Shown: positions 29,685-39,165 of the stretch, in pieces | How positions within the stretch are numbered: the stretch's first letter is position 1 | Layout of the letters: each line of letters starts with the position of its first letter | Assembly (NCBI GenBank): GCA_963770565.1 | Contig: CAVYQE010000001.1 | Span: forward strand, 1,531,663-1,595,662 | Reading direction: 5' to 3' | Source: an uncultured Actinomycetota bacterium | GTDB lineage: Bacteria; Actinomycetota; Actinomycetes; JAFAQI01 | DNA length: 64,000 bases | The notes under the pieces: model-generated | What the model was told of the DNA's origin: nothing | Databases searched by the model: none | What the model saw: only the letters and a program-made list of their open reading frames with translations | Made by a program: the position numbers and the translations under genes

Positions 29685-30275
29685 TTAGGTGTTGTCGGGC
29701 AGTGGGTAGCCGACCGCGAACAGGCGAACCGGCCGTGAGCCGTCCGGTCGCAGCGACGGGTTGTCCAGCCGGTCGCGGTAGGTGAACATCAGATCGCTGA
29801 TCTGTCCGGCCAGCTCCGCCAGCTCGGCCTCGGTCAGCCAGGTCTGCGCACCGGTACGCAACGCAGCACGCCGCCAGCCGTCGGGGTAGGTGTGCGAGCT
29901 GCGTTCCCACCGCATCAGCTTCGCCATCTCGTGTTGGATGAACACGCGCTCCAACTCAGCCGCCGCGCGGGCGCGGGCCTCATCTGGCTGCACCGTCGAC
30001 CATGACTGATCGGTTGACGTCAACCGCCACGGGCGATCTCTCTTCGACGAGGTCGGCGCGTCCTCGACGAGGCCGTATCGAGCGAGCTGACGTAGATGAA
30101 ACGAGCAGTTCGCCTGAGTGTCACCGACGAGCTCGGCGCATCGCGTCGACGTCGCCGACCCCTCGACCAGCAAGACATCCATCAGCGCCCACTTCAACGG
30201 ATGGGCAAGAGCTCGCATCGCCGCCGGGTCAACCAGCTCGCCCGGCTTCGCTTTTGGGGATTTCGGCTTCGCCAT
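29685..30275 (-). CDS. ArsR/SmtB-like winged-helix regulator
   Basis: 'MRALAHPL', 'ATSTRCAELVG..QANCSFHLRQLARYGLVE', 'RDRPWR'. Confidence 0.88.
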   Translation of the reverse strand: MAKPKSPKAKPGELVDPAAMRALAHPLKWALMDVLLVEGSATSTRCAELVGDTQANCSFHLRQLARYGLVEDAPTSSKRDRPWRLTSTDQSWSTVQPDEARARAAAELERVFIQHEMAKLMRWERSSHTYPDGWRRAALRTGAQTWLTEAELAELAGQISDLMFTYRDRLDNPSLRPDGSRPVRLFAVGYPLPDNT

Positions 30276-30324
30276 ACTCAAGACCGTACTCTTGAGTCTA
30301 TCAATGTCAAAGTACGTTCTTGAG
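30276..30324. promoter_or_regulatory. Paired operator palindromes upstream of the ArsR-like gene
   Basis: ACTCAAGA-ccgtac-TCTTGAGT (30276-30297) abutting the ATG, plus a degenerate copy tcaa-agtacgttcttgag (30307-30324). Confidence 0.65.
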
Positions 30325-30385
30325 ACGGTGAACGGGTCAAAGCTCGGTCCTAGCGCCGGACAGGAGCGCCACCGTCAGCGCACGA

Positions 30386-30880
30386 TCACAACTCGCGGTA
30401 GAAGCGCACAAGCGGCAAGGCCGTAAAGCCGCTCGATTCGTACAGGGCTCGCGCCGGCTCATGACCGGGGTCTCCACCAGTGGCCACGCTTGCGAGTCGG
30501 CAGCCGACCGCGCGAATCTCGTTCATTGCGTGGTCCAAGAGCAGGCGACCAACTCCGTTGCGCTGGTAGGCCGGATCCACCGCGATCATGTCGATCTCCC
30601 CTTCGACAGCACTGCGGATGATTACAGACACGAAGCCGAGTAACCGTTGAGTCCCGTCAGCGGCCACTGCGACCGAGACGTTTGTGTTGGCGCAGGTCTC
30701 ACGAACGTCTGCTTCCTGAGAGACGCGCCAGTCGGGATAAACCAACTGATTCAATCGGCGACCCAAAACCTCGGCCATCGATTGGTGCACCGTCGCCCAC
30801 GAACGCAGCGAAACGTCGATCAGATCATCAACGTCACCTGCCGCGAACGGCCGCAACACCAAGTCGTCACGTTCGGTCAT
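30386..30880 (-). CDS. GNAT-family N-acetyltransferase
   Basis: 'IAVDPAYQRNGVGRLL', 'TGGDPGHEPARALYESSGF'. Confidence 0.88.
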   Translation of the reverse strand: MTERDDLVLRPFAAGDVDDLIDVSLRSWATVHQSMAEVLGRRLNQLVYPDWRVSQEADVRETCANTNVSVAVAADGTQRLLGFVSVIIRSAVEGEIDMIAVDPAYQRNGVGRLLLDHAMNEIRAVGCRLASVATGGDPGHEPARALYESSGFTALPLVRFYREL

Positions 30881-31307
30881 TTCGGCCTCCCGCCAAGCTG
30901 GCGGAGTTGCCGGTGATTCAGCGCCCGATCAACCCCGCGAGTTGTCATCGCCGTGTATGCGATGTGGTCGCGCCCGATGTCGATCTGACATGCCAAGAGT
31001 CGAGTATCGACGTCTTCCGGGACGGAGCCTATGCACTGCCACTGCCTCATGAGCCTCCCTCAATGGTTTCGGACAAGGCCGGAACCCTGGCCACCAAGTA
31101 GAAGAGCAACGCCGCATCGTAGAGCGCGTCACCCTAGAGAGCGTTGCTCCCCGACCGCTGAAATGGTCAGGACCTAGTCACATCCCGGAACGGACAGAAC
31201 GCCGGATCTGGTCGGTTCGCCTCGGCGGTCGAACCGGACAGAACTGTGACTATGTGGTGTCAACGTGCCGGCGATCCACCATTGCGCGGCGCAGCTCGAC
31301 GAGTGGG

Positions 31308-32513
31308 TCAGCGATCGCCCGCGGTGAGGATCGACCAGGCCCGATCCATGCCTTCGGCGAGACAGCCGTCCACGACCGCATCGTCGCCGAGCGCGCTGAC
31401 CCGTACCTCGGGGACTACCGGGCTCATCGCGCGCAGCTGATCGGCGACCGCATCGGCGAATCCCGGCGCCTGCCCGACCCCGCCACCGAAGACGATGAGT
31501 TGTGGGTCGGCAACCGCGACGACAGCGCAGATCGCCCGGGCCACCACTTGAGCCTCCTCGGCGACCACCGACCGCGCGAGCCGGTCACCTGATGCTGCGG
31601 CGGCGAAGACCCGCCGGGCCGACAGCGAGCCGGGCATGCCGCTGCGCCGGGCGGCCCGGACAATCGCCGCGGCCGAGGCGGCCGCCTCCAACGGACCGCG
31701 CCGGCGGGCGTCCTTCACATCGGCCCCGAGGCTGTCGCTGATCGGCAGGTAGGCGATCTCGCCGGCCGCGCCGTGCGCGCCCCGGTGCAGCTTGCCGCCG
31801 ATGACCAGGCCCATGCCGATCCCGGTGCCGATGGACAGGAACGCGAAACTGTCGACTTCCCGACCGTGGCCGTGCACTCGCTCGGCGATCGCGGCGGCGT
31901 CGACGTCGTTCTCCATCACCACCGACGGGCCGAACGCCTTGCGCAGGCATTCGAGCACCTCGGGCCGCTCCCAGCCGGGCAGGCTGCGGGCCAGGGTCAC
32001 GACGTCGCGATTGGGGTCGAGCACGCCCGGGCTGCCGACCACGGTCTGGGTGAGGTCCGACAGTGTGATCCCGGCCTCGGCGGCCAGGGCCCGGCCGAGG
32101 GCGACCGCCTCCGCCGCTCGGGACGGTCCGGTTCGTGCGGCGGTACGACGCGACGCTGCGGCGCGGCGCTGCCCCGACATATCGGCGATCGCCCCTCGGA
32201 CGTACTCCCGGCCGACGTCGAGCGCGAGGGTGTAGCCGGCGTCCGGCTGCACCTCGTGGAGGAGTGCCGCCGGCCCCGAGACACCCGAGCGCCGGCCGGC
32301 CACCCGGATGAGCCCGTCCTGTTGCAGGTTGGCAAGGGCGAGCGTGACGGTCGGCTTCGACAGTCCGGTCGCCCGGGTCAGGTCGGCCCGCGAGGCCGCA
32401 CGCGCGCGCCTGACCTCGTCGAGGATCAGCCGTTCGTTCAGCTCGCGAATGAGTGCCGGACGCGCACCGGGACCGACCGATGTCCCCGCCGTCACCCGGT
32501 CACCGTAAACCAT
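31308..32513 (-). CDS. ROK-family transcriptional repressor, CsnR-like
   Basis: HTH 'LIRELNERLIL...SRADLTRATGLSKPTV', 'GPAALL', ROK 'ENDVDAAA', 'GIGMG', 'GAAGEI'. Confidence 0.85.
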   Translation of the reverse strand: MVYGDRVTAGTSVGPGARPALIRELNERLILDEVRRARAASRADLTRATGLSKPTVTLALANLQQDGLIRVAGRRSGVSGPAALLHEVQPDAGYTLALDVGREYVRGAIADMSGQRRAAASRRTAARTGPSRAAEAVALGRALAAEAGITLSDLTQTVVGSPGVLDPNRDVVTLARSLPGWERPEVLECLRKAFGPSVVMENDVDAAAIAERVHGHGREVDSFAFLSIGTGIGMGLVIGGKLHRGAHGAAGEIAYLPISDSLGADVKDARRRGPLEAAASAAAIVRAARRSGMPGSLSARRVFAAAASGDRLARSVVAEEAQVVARAICAVVAVADPQLIVFGGGVGQAPGFADAVADQLRAMSPVVPEVRVSALGDDAVVDGCLAEGMDRAWSILTAGDR

Positions 32514-32543
32514 CGCGCGTCACCTCTTGCTGGTCCGGAACTA

Positions 32544-32560
32544 ATAGGCTACTTTCCTAT
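32544..32560. promoter_or_regulatory. Degenerate CsnR-type operator ATAGGCTACTTTCCTAT
   Basis: 11/13 match to AGGAAACTTTCCT with extended AT..AT symmetry, between the repressor and the divergent sugar operon. Confidence 0.7.
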
Positions 32561-32615
32561 CGGTTAGGTCGACCAGCCCGCAAGGAGAACCTGTGCCCGC
32601 GTCCGGAGCGACCCG

Positions 32616-33599
32616 GTGAGTGGGGTTCCGGTCGTGCTCGGGGTCGACTACGGCGGCACGAAGATTGCGGTCGGTGTCTGCGATCTCGACGGCCAGCGGC
32701 TTGCGTCCAACACCCTGCCGGCCGCGGGCGACCGCGGCGCGGACGTGACGCTTCAGCGCGGCATCGAAGCCGCTCGCGCCCTGCTGCGAGACCTGCCGGC
32801 GGCACGGTTGTCAGCGGTCGGCATCGCCACCTTCGGTATTCCCGCGGCGGATCACGTCGGCCTGGCGCCGACGATCGACGGCTGGGACCGGCTGGCCCTG
32901 CGCGACGAGCTCGGCGCTGCCTTCGCCGGGGTGCCGGTCAGTGTGATGACCGACGTCAAGGCCGCGGCGCTGGCCGAGGCGCGCTGGGGGTCGCTGGTCG
33001 GCAGCGATCCCGGGCTGTATCTCAACCTCGGCACCGGTCTGGCCGCCGCCCTCGTGGTCGGCGGCCGCGTCGTACCCGGGCGTCACGGTGCGGCCGGCGA
33101 GATTGCGTACAACCTGCGCAGTCTCGACGACGTCGACGTGCCGATCGAGTCCCGTGCGTTGCTCGAGGACCGGGTGAGCGGACGCGCCCTGGCCGAGCTC
33201 GGGCAGGCGCTGCCCGGCGAGCCGCGCGACGCCGTCAGCCTCTTCCGGCTCGCCGAGGCCGGCGACCGGGCCGCGCAGGCGCTCGTCGACCGGGCGCTCA
33301 CCGAGCTGTCGTTCCATGTGGTCAACCTGGCCACCGCACTCGACCCGCAGCGCATCACCGTCGGCGGCGGGCTGGTCGGGTCGTGGTCGCAACTGGAGCC
33401 GCGGCTGCGGCGCGCCCTTGACGCCGGCGTGCCCTACCCGCCGGAGCTCGTTCGCGCCCATTTTCCCTTCGATGCGCCGTTGGTCGGCGCACTTGCGGTC
33501 GGTGTTGAGACCCTGATGGGGTCCAGCGACGGATCGATCGCATCTCTACGGCACTGGAACGGCACGGATCGCCCAACCGAGGAGAGGACAGCACCATGA
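32616..33599 (+). CDS. ROK-family sugar kinase (no HTH)
   Basis: 'GVDYGGTKI', 'TDVKAAALAE', 'LGTGL', 'GAAGEI'. Confidence 0.85.
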   Translation: MSGVPVVLGVDYGGTKIAVGVCDLDGQRLASNTLPAAGDRGADVTLQRGIEAARALLRDLPAARLSAVGIATFGIPAADHVGLAPTIDGWDRLALRDELGAAFAGVPVSVMTDVKAAALAEARWGSLVGSDPGLYLNLGTGLAAALVVGGRVVPGRHGAAGEIAYNLRSLDDVDVPIESRALLEDRVSGRALAELGQALPGEPRDAVSLFRLAEAGDRAAQALVDRALTELSFHVVNLATALDPQRITVGGGLVGSWSQLEPRLRRALDAGVPYPPELVRAHFPFDAPLVGALAVGVETLMGSSDGSIASLRHWNGTDRPTEERTAP

Positions 33600-35263
33600 A
33601 GCGGTTGCGTTTGGTGGCGGCAGCGGCGGCGGTGCTCGCCCTAGGGGCGGCCTGCTCCAGCGGCAACAGTTCAGGCGGCGGCCCGAAGACCGGCGGCGGC
33701 ACGTCCACGATCACGATCTCGAACGAGAGCGGTGGGCTGTGGAGCTGCGGATTCAGCCCGTACAACGCCGACGTCAACTTCCAGTCGATCGGCTTCATCT
33801 ACGAGCCGCTGTTGTTCATCAACTCGCTCAACAGCACCGCGCCGCCGACGCCGTGGCTGGCTTCGGCGTACCACTACTCCAACGGCGACAAGGTGCTGAC
33901 CTTCACCATCCGCAAGGGCGTGAAGTTCAGCGACGGCACGCCGCTCTCGGCCGCTGACGTCGCCTTCACGTTCGAGCTGATGAAGCAGCACCCGGCTCTC
34001 GACCTCAACGCGATCTGGTCGGTGCTCGACAGCGTCAAGCAGGTCGGTTCGGATCAGGTGCAGTTCACGTTCAAGACCGCGGCGGTGCCGTACCTGTTCT
34101 ACATCGCCGACCAGGTCGGAATCGTCCCGAAGCACATCTGGAGCTCGATCGCAAACCCGGTGAACTACAACGACAACAAGCCGGTCGGCACCGGACCATT
34201 CGTCATGCAGAAGTGCACCGGCCAGAACGTGCACTACGTGAAGAACCCGAACTACTGGCAGCCGGGGCTGCCGAAGGTCGACGCGGTCAACTACCCGGCG
34301 TTCACATCGAACGACACCGCCAACACCTACCTGTCGACCGGCCAGGCGCAGTACGGCAGCCAGTTCATCCCGAACATCAAGGCGTTCTATCTCTCCAAGA
34401 GCTCCGACTACCACGACTGGTTCCCGCCGGTGACGAGCGTCAGCATCTTCATCAATCAGACCGTGGCGCCGCTCAACGACGTGGCGGTGCGCAAGGCCCT
34501 GGCCTACTGCGTCGACCGGTCGCGGGTCTCGCAGATCGGTGAGTACGGCTACGAGCCGCCGGCCAACCAGACCGGCATCACGGTGCCCACGTTCTCCAGC
34601 TGGCTCGGCGCGACCCAGAAGGCGAACGACACCTACACCTACGACCCGTCGAAGGCGGAGTCGATCCTCACGGCAGCCGGATACCACAAGGGCTCGGACG
34701 GGATCTTCGTCTCGCCGAGCGGCAAGAAGCTGGCGTTCTCGATCATCAACATCAGCGACTACTCGGACTGGGTCGCCTCGTTGCAGGTCGTGCAGCAGGG
34801 CATCAAGGCCTGCGGGATGTCGCTCAGCGTCGACAACCAGTCGGACAACGCTTTCGACGACAACCTGTTCAACGGCAAGTTCCAGCTCGCCTACTACGAC
34901 GAGACCGGCGGCCCGGCGCCGTACTACGAGCTCCGGCAGTGGCTCTACGGGCCGAACTCGGCACCGATCGGGAAGCCAGCCGGGTCGAACTACGAGCGGT
35001 ATCACAACGCGACCGTGGATTCGTTGATCAATCAGTACGCTGACACCACGAGCGCGGCCAAGCAGCACACGATCGTGGATCGGCTGGAGCAGTTCATGCT
35101 CGACGACGTACCCGTCATCCCGGTGACGGAGCAGGTGGACTTCTACGAGTACGACACGTCGTCGTTCTCGGGCTGGGACTCGCCGTCGAACCCGATCGCC
35201 CTGCCGTCGGCCTTCTCCGTTCCGGACGTCGAGGTCGTGCTCCTGCACCTGACGCCGAAGTGA
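33596..35263 (+). CDS. Family-5 (OppA/DppA-like) ABC substrate-binding lipoprotein, probably oligosaccharide-binding
   Basis: Lipobox 'LGAAC'; 'IYEPL', 'LTFTIRKGVKFSDG.P.SAADVAFTF', 'PVGTGPF', 'KNPNYW'. Confidence 0.9.
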   Translation: MKRLRLVAAAAAVLALGAACSSGNSSGGGPKTGGGTSTITISNESGGLWSCGFSPYNADVNFQSIGFIYEPLLFINSLNSTAPPTPWLASAYHYSNGDKVLTFTIRKGVKFSDGTPLSAADVAFTFELMKQHPALDLNAIWSVLDSVKQVGSDQVQFTFKTAAVPYLFYIADQVGIVPKHIWSSIANPVNYNDNKPVGTGPFVMQKCTGQNVHYVKNPNYWQPGLPKVDAVNYPAFTSNDTANTYLSTGQAQYGSQFIPNIKAFYLSKSSDYHDWFPPVTSVSIFINQTVAPLNDVAVRKALAYCVDRSRVSQIGEYGYEPPANQTGITVPTFSSWLGATQKANDTYTYDPSKAESILTAAGYHKGSDGIFVSPSGKKLAFSIINISDYSDWVASLQVVQQGIKACGMSLSVDNQSDNAFDDNLFNGKFQLAYYDETGGPAPYYELRQWLYGPNSAPIGKPAGSNYERYHNATVDSLINQYADTTSAAKQHTIVDRLEQFMLDDVPVIPVTEQVDFYEYDTSSFSGWDSPSNPIALPSAFSVPDVEVVLLHLTPK

Positions 35264-35270
35264 GCCGCCG

Positions 35271-36254
35271 GTGAGGTATCTGCTGCGACGGCTCGGCTTC
35301 TTCGCCTTTACGTTGTGGGCGGCGCTGACGATCAACTTCTTCATCCCGAGGTTGATGCCGGGCAACCCGGCCGAAGCGCTGATCGGGCGCTTCCACGGCC
35401 GGGTGAGCGGGCAGGCTCTGCATGCGCTGGAGGTCGCGTTCGGCGTCAACAGCCACCAGAGCCTGCTCACGCAGTACGTCGACTACCTCGGAGACTGCCT
35501 CACCGGGCACTTCGGGATCTCGATCTCGTTCTTCCCCGAGTCGGTCGGCCACGTGATCCTCGGCGCGCTGCCCTGGACGCTCGGCCTGGTCGGGATCACG
35601 ACCATCCTCGCGTTCATCGCGGGCACCGGCATCGGCGCGATCAGCGCCTGGCGCCGCGGTGGCGTGATGGACAGCCTGCTGCCTCCGATCTTCGTCGTGA
35701 CGTCGGCCTTCCCGTACTTCTGGGTCGCGATGATGGCGGTGCTGGTGTTCTCGGTCGCGCTCGGCTGGTCACCGATCGGGTTCGGCTACAACACCGGTGA
35801 CACCGTGGCGTTCACGCCGTCGTTTATCTGGGACGTCATCAACCACGCGCTGCTGCCAGCGATCACGATCCTGATCACCTCGATCGGCGGCTGGGTGCTG
35901 ACCATGCGCAACAACATGGTCACCACGCTGGCCGAGGACTACATCCGGATGGCGCGCGCCAAGGGCCTGCCGTCGCGCCGGATCATGGTCGACTACGCCG
36001 CGCGCAACGCGATCCTGCCCAACCTGACCGGTTTCGCGATGTCGCTGGGCTTCGTGATCAGCGGCGCGATCCTCGTCGAGTACGTCTTCGCCTACCCGGG
36101 CGTCGGATTCATGCTCCTGCAGGCAGTGCAGAACGAGGACTACGCCTTGATGCAGGCGTTGTTCCTCCTCATCACCGTCGCCGTACTGCTCTCGGTGCTG
36201 GTCGCCGACTTGATGACCGCCTGGCTCGACCCGCGAACCCGGGCCAAGGCATGA
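35271..36254 (+). CDS. ABC permease, OppB-like
   Basis: 'INFFIPRLMPGNP', 'EDYIRMARAKGL', 'ARNAILP'. Confidence 0.92.
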   Translation: MRYLLRRLGFFAFTLWAALTINFFIPRLMPGNPAEALIGRFHGRVSGQALHALEVAFGVNSHQSLLTQYVDYLGDCLTGHFGISISFFPESVGHVILGALPWTLGLVGITTILAFIAGTGIGAISAWRRGGVMDSLLPPIFVVTSAFPYFWVAMMAVLVFSVALGWSPIGFGYNTGDTVAFTPSFIWDVINHALLPAITILITSIGGWVLTMRNNMVTTLAEDYIRMARAKGLPSRRIMVDYAARNAILPNLTGFAMSLGFVISGAILVEYVFAYPGVGFMLLQAVQNEDYALMQALFLLITVAVLLSVLVADLMTAWLDPRTRAKA

Positions 36255-37192
36255 CGCTGCACCTCGCGGTCAACCGCCCGCCCGCCGATGACCTGCCGGT
36301 CATGATCGGGCGGCGCGGCTACCGGTCGACCATGCTGAGCGCGGTGCTGTCGAACCGGAAGGCGACGGTCGGCGCGGTCCTCACCCTGATCTTCACGGTG
36401 GTCGCGATCGTTCCCTCGCTGATCGCGCCGGACGACCCGAACGCCGAGGTCTTCAATCGCTTCCTCGGCGTGTCGAGGCACCACCTGCTCGGCACGACCG
36501 CGTACGGGCAGGACATCTTCTCGCAAGTGATCTGGGGCACTCGCCAGTCGATGCTGATCGCCGCGCTGGTCGGCCTGCTCTCGACCGTGCTGTCGGTGCT
36601 GATCGGGGTGTCGTCGGCGTACCTCGGAGGGGTTGCCGACGACGTGCTGTCGGTGATCACCGACGTCTTCCTGGTGATCCCGACCTTCCCGCTGGTGATC
36701 GTGCTCGCCGCCTATGAGCGCAACGGCGGGCTCTGGATGATCGTCGCGGTGCTGGTCGTGACCGGTTGGTCCTACGGCGCGCGGCAGCTCCGGTCACAGA
36801 CGATGTCGCTGCGCAACCGCGACTTCCTCGAGTCGGCGCGGGTGCGCGGCGAGCGATCGCTCTACATCATCGTCCGCGAAGTGCTGCCCACGATGACGTC
36901 GCTGATCGTCGCGAACTTCCTCGGCGCCGCGTTGTACGCCGTGCTTGCCGCCGCCGGCCTGCAGTTCGTCGGGCTCGGCGACGTCAACACGGTCAGCTGG
37001 GGATCGATGTTGTATTGGGCGCAGAACAACGAGGCGTTGCAGACCGGCCAGTACTTGTGGGCGTTGGTGCCGGGTATCTGCATTGCGTTGTTGGGTGCTG
37101 CGCTTGCCTTGCTCAACTACGCATTCGACGAGATCAGCAACCCGGCGCTGCGCCCGCAACGGAGGATTCGTGTCCGACGCCGCGCTGCTTGA
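36251..37192 (+). CDS. ABC permease, OppC-like
   Basis: 'HLLGTTAYGQDIFSQ', 'RDFLESARVRGE', 'SWGSML'. Confidence 0.92.
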   Translation: MTLHLAVNRPPADDLPVMIGRRGYRSTMLSAVLSNRKATVGAVLTLIFTVVAIVPSLIAPDDPNAEVFNRFLGVSRHHLLGTTAYGQDIFSQVIWGTRQSMLIAALVGLLSTVLSVLIGVSSAYLGGVADDVLSVITDVFLVIPTFPLVIVLAAYERNGGLWMIVAVLVVTGWSYGARQLRSQTMSLRNRDFLESARVRGERSLYIIVREVLPTMTSLIVANFLGAALYAVLAAAGLQFVGLGDVNTVSWGSMLYWAQNNEALQTGQYLWALVPGICIALLGAALALLNYAFDEISNPALRPQRRIRVRRRAA

Positions 37193-38150
37193 GGTCGACG
37201 GTCTCACCGTCGACTACCTGACCGCCGGGGGAGCGATCCGGGCGGTTTCCGACGTCAGCTTCCGGGTCGGCCCCGGCGAGTTCCTCGGGATCGTCGGCGA
37301 GTCCGGCTGCGGCAAGTCGACGCTGCTGTTCGCGATTGCGCAGCTGCTGACGCCGCCGGCGGCGATTACCGCCGGTTCGGTGGACTTCAAGGGCCACGAC
37401 ATGGTGACCCTGTCGGGCCGGGCGCTGCGTGAGTTGCGCTGGCGGGACTTCTCGGTCGTCATGCAGAGCGCGATGAACGCGCTCAACCCGGTGCTGACGA
37501 TCGAGGCGCAGTTCGCCGACGTCATGCGTGCGCACGGGATGAGTGACCGGGCCGCGATCCGCAAGCGTTCCGAAGAGGTGCTCGAGCTGGTCGGGATCGA
37601 CCCGGTGCATCTCGACAGCTATCCCCATCAGCTCAGCGGCGGCATGCGGCAGCGGTCGATGATCGCGATGGCGATGGTCTTCACGCCCGACCTGGTCATC
37701 ATGGACGAACCGACCTCGGCGCTCGACGTGGTCGCGCAACGCTCGCTGATGGTCCAGGTCAAGGAGCTGCAGCGGCAGCTGGGCTTCGCGATCGTCTTCG
37801 TCACCCACGACATGTCGCTGGTCAGCCACTTCTCCGACCGGTTGATCGTGATGTACGCCGGCCAGGTCGCCGAGGCCGGCCCGACCCGGCGGGTCTTCGA
37901 CGAGCCACTTCATCCCTACAGCCAGGGTCTGCTCGAGGCCTTTCCGTCGGTGCACGGTCCGCGGCGGGAGCTGCTCGGCATCCCGGGCAGCCCACCCGAC
38001 CTGGCCAAGCTGCCGCCGGGGTGCGCGTTCCAGCCGCGCTGCGGGCAGGCGATGCCGGCCTGCACGACGGTCCAACCCGAGCTCTACCAGCGCGACGAGA
38101 CCGCGGTCCGCTGCCTGCGGCACAAGCCGGCGGAGGTCGCCCATGTCTGA
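37170..38150 (+). CDS. ABC ATP-binding protein, OppD-like
   Basis: 'GESGCGKST', 'YPHQLSGGMRQR', 'HPYSQGL', 'GCAFQPRC'; GTG 37170 after GGAGG. Confidence 0.93.
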   Translation: MSDAALLEVDGLTVDYLTAGGAIRAVSDVSFRVGPGEFLGIVGESGCGKSTLLFAIAQLLTPPAAITAGSVDFKGHDMVTLSGRALRELRWRDFSVVMQSAMNALNPVLTIEAQFADVMRAHGMSDRAAIRKRSEEVLELVGIDPVHLDSYPHQLSGGMRQRSMIAMAMVFTPDLVIMDEPTSALDVVAQRSLMVQVKELQRQLGFAIVFVTHDMSLVSHFSDRLIVMYAGQVAEAGPTRRVFDEPLHPYSQGLLEAFPSVHGPRRELLGIPGSPPDLAKLPPGCAFQPRCGQAMPACTTVQPELYQRDETAVRCLRHKPAEVAHV

Positions 38151-39165
38151 GCGACTGCTCGAATCGGCTCCGCTGCTCGAGACCCGCGCCCTCACCCGGC
38201 ACTTCCGGATCGGCAACGCGCTGTCTCGCAAGACGCTGCATGCGGTCGACGACGTCGACCTGCAGATCGGGCGGCGCGAGATCGTCGCGCTGGTCGGCGA
38301 AAGCGGCAGCGGCAAGAGCACCGTCGCGCGGCTGCTGGCGATGGTCTATCGCCCGACCAGTGGCGAGATCGTCTTCGAGGGCCGGTCGATCCGCACCTTG
38401 CGCCGGCGGGCCGACGTACTGGCCTATCGCCGCGCCGTCCCGATGGTGTTCCAGGACCCGTTCAGCTCGCTCAACCCGTCCTACCCGATCTCGCACGGGT
38501 TGCTGCGCACGATCGCGCTGCATCGCCCGGAGCTGCACCGCGGCCGGCGGCGCCAGGCCGCGGTGGAGGTGCTCGAGCAGGTCGGTCTGGTGCCCGGGGA
38601 GACGGTGCTCGACCGCTACCCGCACGAGCTGAGTGGAGGGCAGCGGCAGCGGGTCGGCTTCGCCCAGGCGCTGGCGATGCGGCCGAAGCTGATCGTCGCC
38701 GACGAGCCGGTCTCGATGCTCGACGTCTCGATCCGGATCGGCCTGCTCAACCTGATGGCCACCCTTCGCGCCGAGGCCGGCGTCTCGATCCTCTACATCA
38801 CCCACGACATCGCGAGCGCCCGCTATGTCTCGGATCGGATCGCGGTGATGTACGCCGGCCACATCGTCGAGATCGGGCCGACCGAGTCGGTGCTGGCCGA
38901 TCCACGCCACCCCTATACGCAGCTCTTGCTCGACGCGGTGCCCGACCCGCGGGCACCGCTCGGGGTGAGCAGCGACTCCGACATCGGTGAACCGCCGCGG
39001 GTGGTCGACCCCGAGCCGGGGTGCCGGTTCCGCTGGCGGTGCCCGGTGGCGATCGAGCGATGTGCGACCGTCGACCCGATCCTCGAGACCGTCGGTCCCG
39101 GCCAGGAAGCCGCCTGCCATGTCGCCCAGCAGGCGGTCGCAAGCGGCGATCGGGGCCCGCGATGA
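38143..39165 (+). CDS. ABC ATP-binding protein, OppF-like
   Basis: 'GESGSGKST', 'YPHELSGGQRQR', 'DEPVSMLDVSIR', 'GCRFRWRC'. Confidence 0.93.
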   Translation: MSERLLESAPLLETRALTRHFRIGNALSRKTLHAVDDVDLQIGRREIVALVGESGSGKSTVARLLAMVYRPTSGEIVFEGRSIRTLRRRADVLAYRRAVPMVFQDPFSSLNPSYPISHGLLRTIALHRPELHRGRRRQAAVEVLEQVGLVPGETVLDRYPHELSGGQRQRVGFAQALAMRPKLIVADEPVSMLDVSIRIGLLNLMATLRAEAGVSILYITHDIASARYVSDRIAVMYAGHIVEIGPTESVLADPRHPYTQLLLDAVPDPRAPLGVSSDSDIGEPPRVVDPEPGCRFRWRCPVAIERCATVDPILETVGPGQEAACHVAQQAVASGDRGPR

